A DNA stretch of 27,887 bases from a virus (lineage: Duplodnaviria; Caudoviricetes), in IMG/VR virus record IMGVR_UViG_3300005611_000161, positions 1 through 27,887 of that record; one strand, given 5' to 3'. The translations under genes were made by a program, and so were the position numbers. The notes under the pieces were generated by a model that saw only the letters and a list, made by a program, of their open reading frames with translations, ran no database searches and had not been told where the DNA came from. Shown here in pieces: positions 25,780-27,887 of the stretch. Every line of letters starts with the position of its first letter. Position 1 is the stretch's first letter.

Positions 25780-27613
25780 CGGGTCTTATATTGATTCTTA
25801 ATGTACCAAATCGCCAATTACTACCTAATTCTGTATTTTCTATCTTAATAGAAGACTGTCTACCTCTGATTCTAGAGTTATAAAATCTAGTTGTATTATT
25901 AACTGTAATCGTTTCACCAGTCGTATTAGTGTCATTTGGATAATCTTTAGTTCTTAAAGTAATTACAGCATTACCTGACATATCTTGAAAATCTGGTATA
26001 ACTTTATTTATAAAGCTAAAATCTTCTCCATCAGCAATATCTCCATCACCTGATTCTATAAATGCTGCTAAAGCAGAACCGTCAGCATCTACTCCATCTT
26101 CATGTCTATAAATTAAACTTCTACCTTTTGTTAAACCACTAATTGTACTAAATGTATTAGAAGTATTATTAGGTAAAAACTCAGTTGCTATTGGATTTAA
26201 TTCTACACCATTATCTAAATAAGTACTTCTTGCTAAATTTCCAAAGTACCATATATTTTCTTGCGTATTATAAATAACATATCTATCTATTTGATTAGAA
26301 CTACTAGAACAATAATACCAAATAATCTCTGAAAAGTTATGAGTTTGACCAGCATAAACTTGTCCATATTGCGTTTGATTAATATCATCAAATACATAAT
26401 TTAATACTTGACATGGTATTTCTTGAACAGCACCAGCATATCTAAAGAATTGTCCATCAGACATCCAATATGCTACATCATCAATTACATAAACACTATT
26501 CATACTTACCGCACCACAATCACTACCTAATTGACGAAAACCAAATATAAAAGGTGGACCAATAAAAGACATTGAATGTAAAGATTGATCTGTCCATACT
26601 AGAATAGTTCCTTTAGCTGGCTTTGCTGCTCTAATCTCTGATCCACCAGCTATTCGTTGTGATCCTGCTGAGTTAGTAGCATTAGCAGCCCAAAAGTTAT
26701 AATTCTCTTGATCTGACCATCTAATAAATAATTTATCTTGAGTATTAGGTGTTCCTATTGTAGTTTCTGTACCACAACAAATTAAATGTCTTGTATCTGT
26801 AGCTATAACTGATAAAGTACTTGTTGTAGGAGCATTAGCAATAATAGTTGCTCTATTACCTGACATACCTGTTGAAGTATCCCATAAATAAGTACCGCCG
26901 TCTCTTTGAGTTAATATTAAATCTTCTCCCCAGTTATTCAAAGACCATTGTCTTAGATCAATAGTTACTTCAGAAGTAGTACGAGGAGTATTCCAAGTAC
27001 CATCAGAATAAGCACCAGTGTTCCATCCATAAGCTAAAGTTTGTTGATTTGGTCCTACATTTATTTGATAATCTATTTCGCAATTAGCAGTATCAGTTAC
27101 TGTAGAAGTTGCTGTACCATTAGTTAATATAACATACGCATCTGTATTAGTAATATATTGTATTTCAAATTCACCTTGTAAAGAAGTATTTGCTATACCT
27201 CCTACATCACTACTTGATACATTAGCGATAGTAACAAAATCTCCAACAATTGCTCCATGTGAAGTATGATTAACCGTCACATTAGCATTAGAAGTTGATG
27301 TTGTAAATACATTAGCTAAAGTATTACTTTGTCTAATAGGTGTAATATCTTGAGAAGTACCAGAAGCATAAGTATATACTTTTCTATTAGTACCTAAAGC
27401 TTCGTAACGACTACCATCTAAATCAAACCATGCAAAAAGAGCCCGACCTACACCTACATAATAAGTAGTACTAAATTTAGTCCATCCACCTATTTTTTGT
27501 GGAAGACCTTTTCTAAAACGTATTTTATCACTGTTAATCCATCGACCTTCTGCTCCAGTCTCTGTATTTTCAGTATCCAATCCAGGTAAAAAATTTAATT
27601 TTGTTAAAGGCAT
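25766..27613 (-). CDS. Tail nozzle / P22 gp10-like packaged-DNA stabilization protein
   Basis: Beta-rich; LFIRWSDQE and C-terminal RIRGRQ...WRFG...PDGKR. Start revised from 27640 to ATG 27613 (MPLTKL), which has a GGAG RBS. Confidence 0.7.
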   Translation of the reverse strand: MPLTKLNFLPGLDTENTETGAEGRWINSDKIRFRKGLPQKIGGWTKFSTTYYVGVGRALFAWFDLDGSRYEALGTNRKVYTYASGTSQDITPIRQSNTLANVFTTSTSNANVTVNHTSHGAIVGDFVTIANVSSSDVGGIANTSLQGEFEIQYITNTDAYVILTNGTATSTVTDTANCEIDYQINVGPNQQTLAYGWNTGAYSDGTWNTPRTTSEVTIDLRQWSLNNWGEDLILTQRDGGTYLWDTSTGMSGNRATIIANAPTTSTLSVIATDTRHLICCGTETTIGTPNTQDKLFIRWSDQENYNFWAANATNSAGSQRIAGGSEIRAAKPAKGTILVWTDQSLHSMSFIGPPFIFGFRQLGSDCGAVSMNSVYVIDDVAYWMSDGQFFRYAGAVQEIPCQVLNYVFDDINQTQYGQVYAGQTHNFSEIIWYYCSSSSNQIDRYVIYNTQENIWYFGNLARSTYLDNGVELNPIATEFLPNNTSNTFSTISGLTKGRSLIYRHEDGVDADGSALAAFIESGDGDIADGEDFSFINKVIPDFQDMSGNAVITLRTKDYPNDTNTTGETITVNNTTRFYNSRIRGRQSSIKIENTELGSNWRFGTLRINIRPDGKR

Positions 27614-27656
27614 AATTCTCCTATAAACATTATATAACAAATATTGAAAATATAAA

Positions 27657-27887
27657 CTATCTTATTTTAGGAATACCTAAAAGAGGTCTTTTGTCGTATA
27701 AATTAGTCTTCGCAAATCTTCCATTTGCGTGATTATAGTGTAAGAATACTTGACCACAGAGATTGCCTTCAAATGGTTTTCTCCAATGCTCTAATTCACA
27801 ACCTGAATAAATAAGCATATCACCAGGTTTTAAATTAACTTCTACACCAATATGTGCACCTGGTTTAACTATGGATTTGTATTCATC
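27657..27887 (-). CDS. 2OG-Fe(II) oxygenase-like protein, C-terminal part only (not in ORF track)
   Basis: Manual translation: ...VEVNLKPGDMLIYSGCELEHWRKPFEGNLCGQVFLHYNHANG...LYDKRPLLGIPKIR*. Contains the GD-x-LIY-x-G..H-x-R double-stranded beta-helix pattern. Confidence 0.75.
   Translation of the reverse strand, partial: DEYKSIVKPGAHIGVEVNLKPGDMLIYSGCELEHWRKPFEGNLCGQVFLHYNHANGRFAKTNLYDKRPLLGIPKIR

Noticed and set aside
27657-27887. 2OG-Fe(II) oxygenase as a TET/JBP-type base oxidase of the modification pathway
   Set aside because: It lies 16 kb away in the virion module and looks like the small hydroxylases common near tail genes of marine phages. Only the C-terminus is visible.
1-27887. 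tRNA, rRNA, CRISPR array, integrase, intron/intein, PurZ or 7-deazaguanine pathway
   Set aside because: None seen by eye: intergenic gaps are short, no repeat-spacer pattern is evident, PolA and helicases are uninterrupted, and no such motifs appear in the ORFs.

Overview
AT-rich tailed-phage genome fragment, probably a marine podovirus-like phage (pelagiphage/uvMED-like gene content; host not provable from sequence). From right to left it holds: (i) a virion and lysis module on the - strand (partial 2OG-Fe(II) oxygenase, P22 gp10-like/tail nozzle protein, GNAT, three ejection/internal virion proteins, PD-(D/E)XK nuclease, T7-lysozyme-like amidase, holin); (ii) a lone + strand SNF2 helicase; (iii) a long, tightly coupled - strand replication operon (SSB-like protein, AEP primase, DEDDh exonuclease, UvrD helicase, family A DNA polymerase, VRR-NUC-like nuclease); (iv) small early-type ORFs. 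The main signal is a DNA base-hypermodification cluster wrapped around the polymerase (3311-11524). It encodes a C5-cytosine methyltransferase homolog with an altered cofactor pocket (motif X Asn->Arg), a MazG-like dNTP pyrophosphatase, a T4 beta-glucosyltransferase-like protein, a dNMP kinase, a thymidylate-synthase homolog with the dCMP-type Asp, a dCMP deaminase, a variant UDP-sugar 6-dehydrogenase and an NH3-dependent NAD synthetase homolog. Together these suggest a possibly undescribed uronic-acid/uronamide-glycosylated pyrimidine and/or a carboxymethyl(amide)-cytosine. All family assignments come from motifs read by eye and compared with recalled reference sequences; no searches were run.
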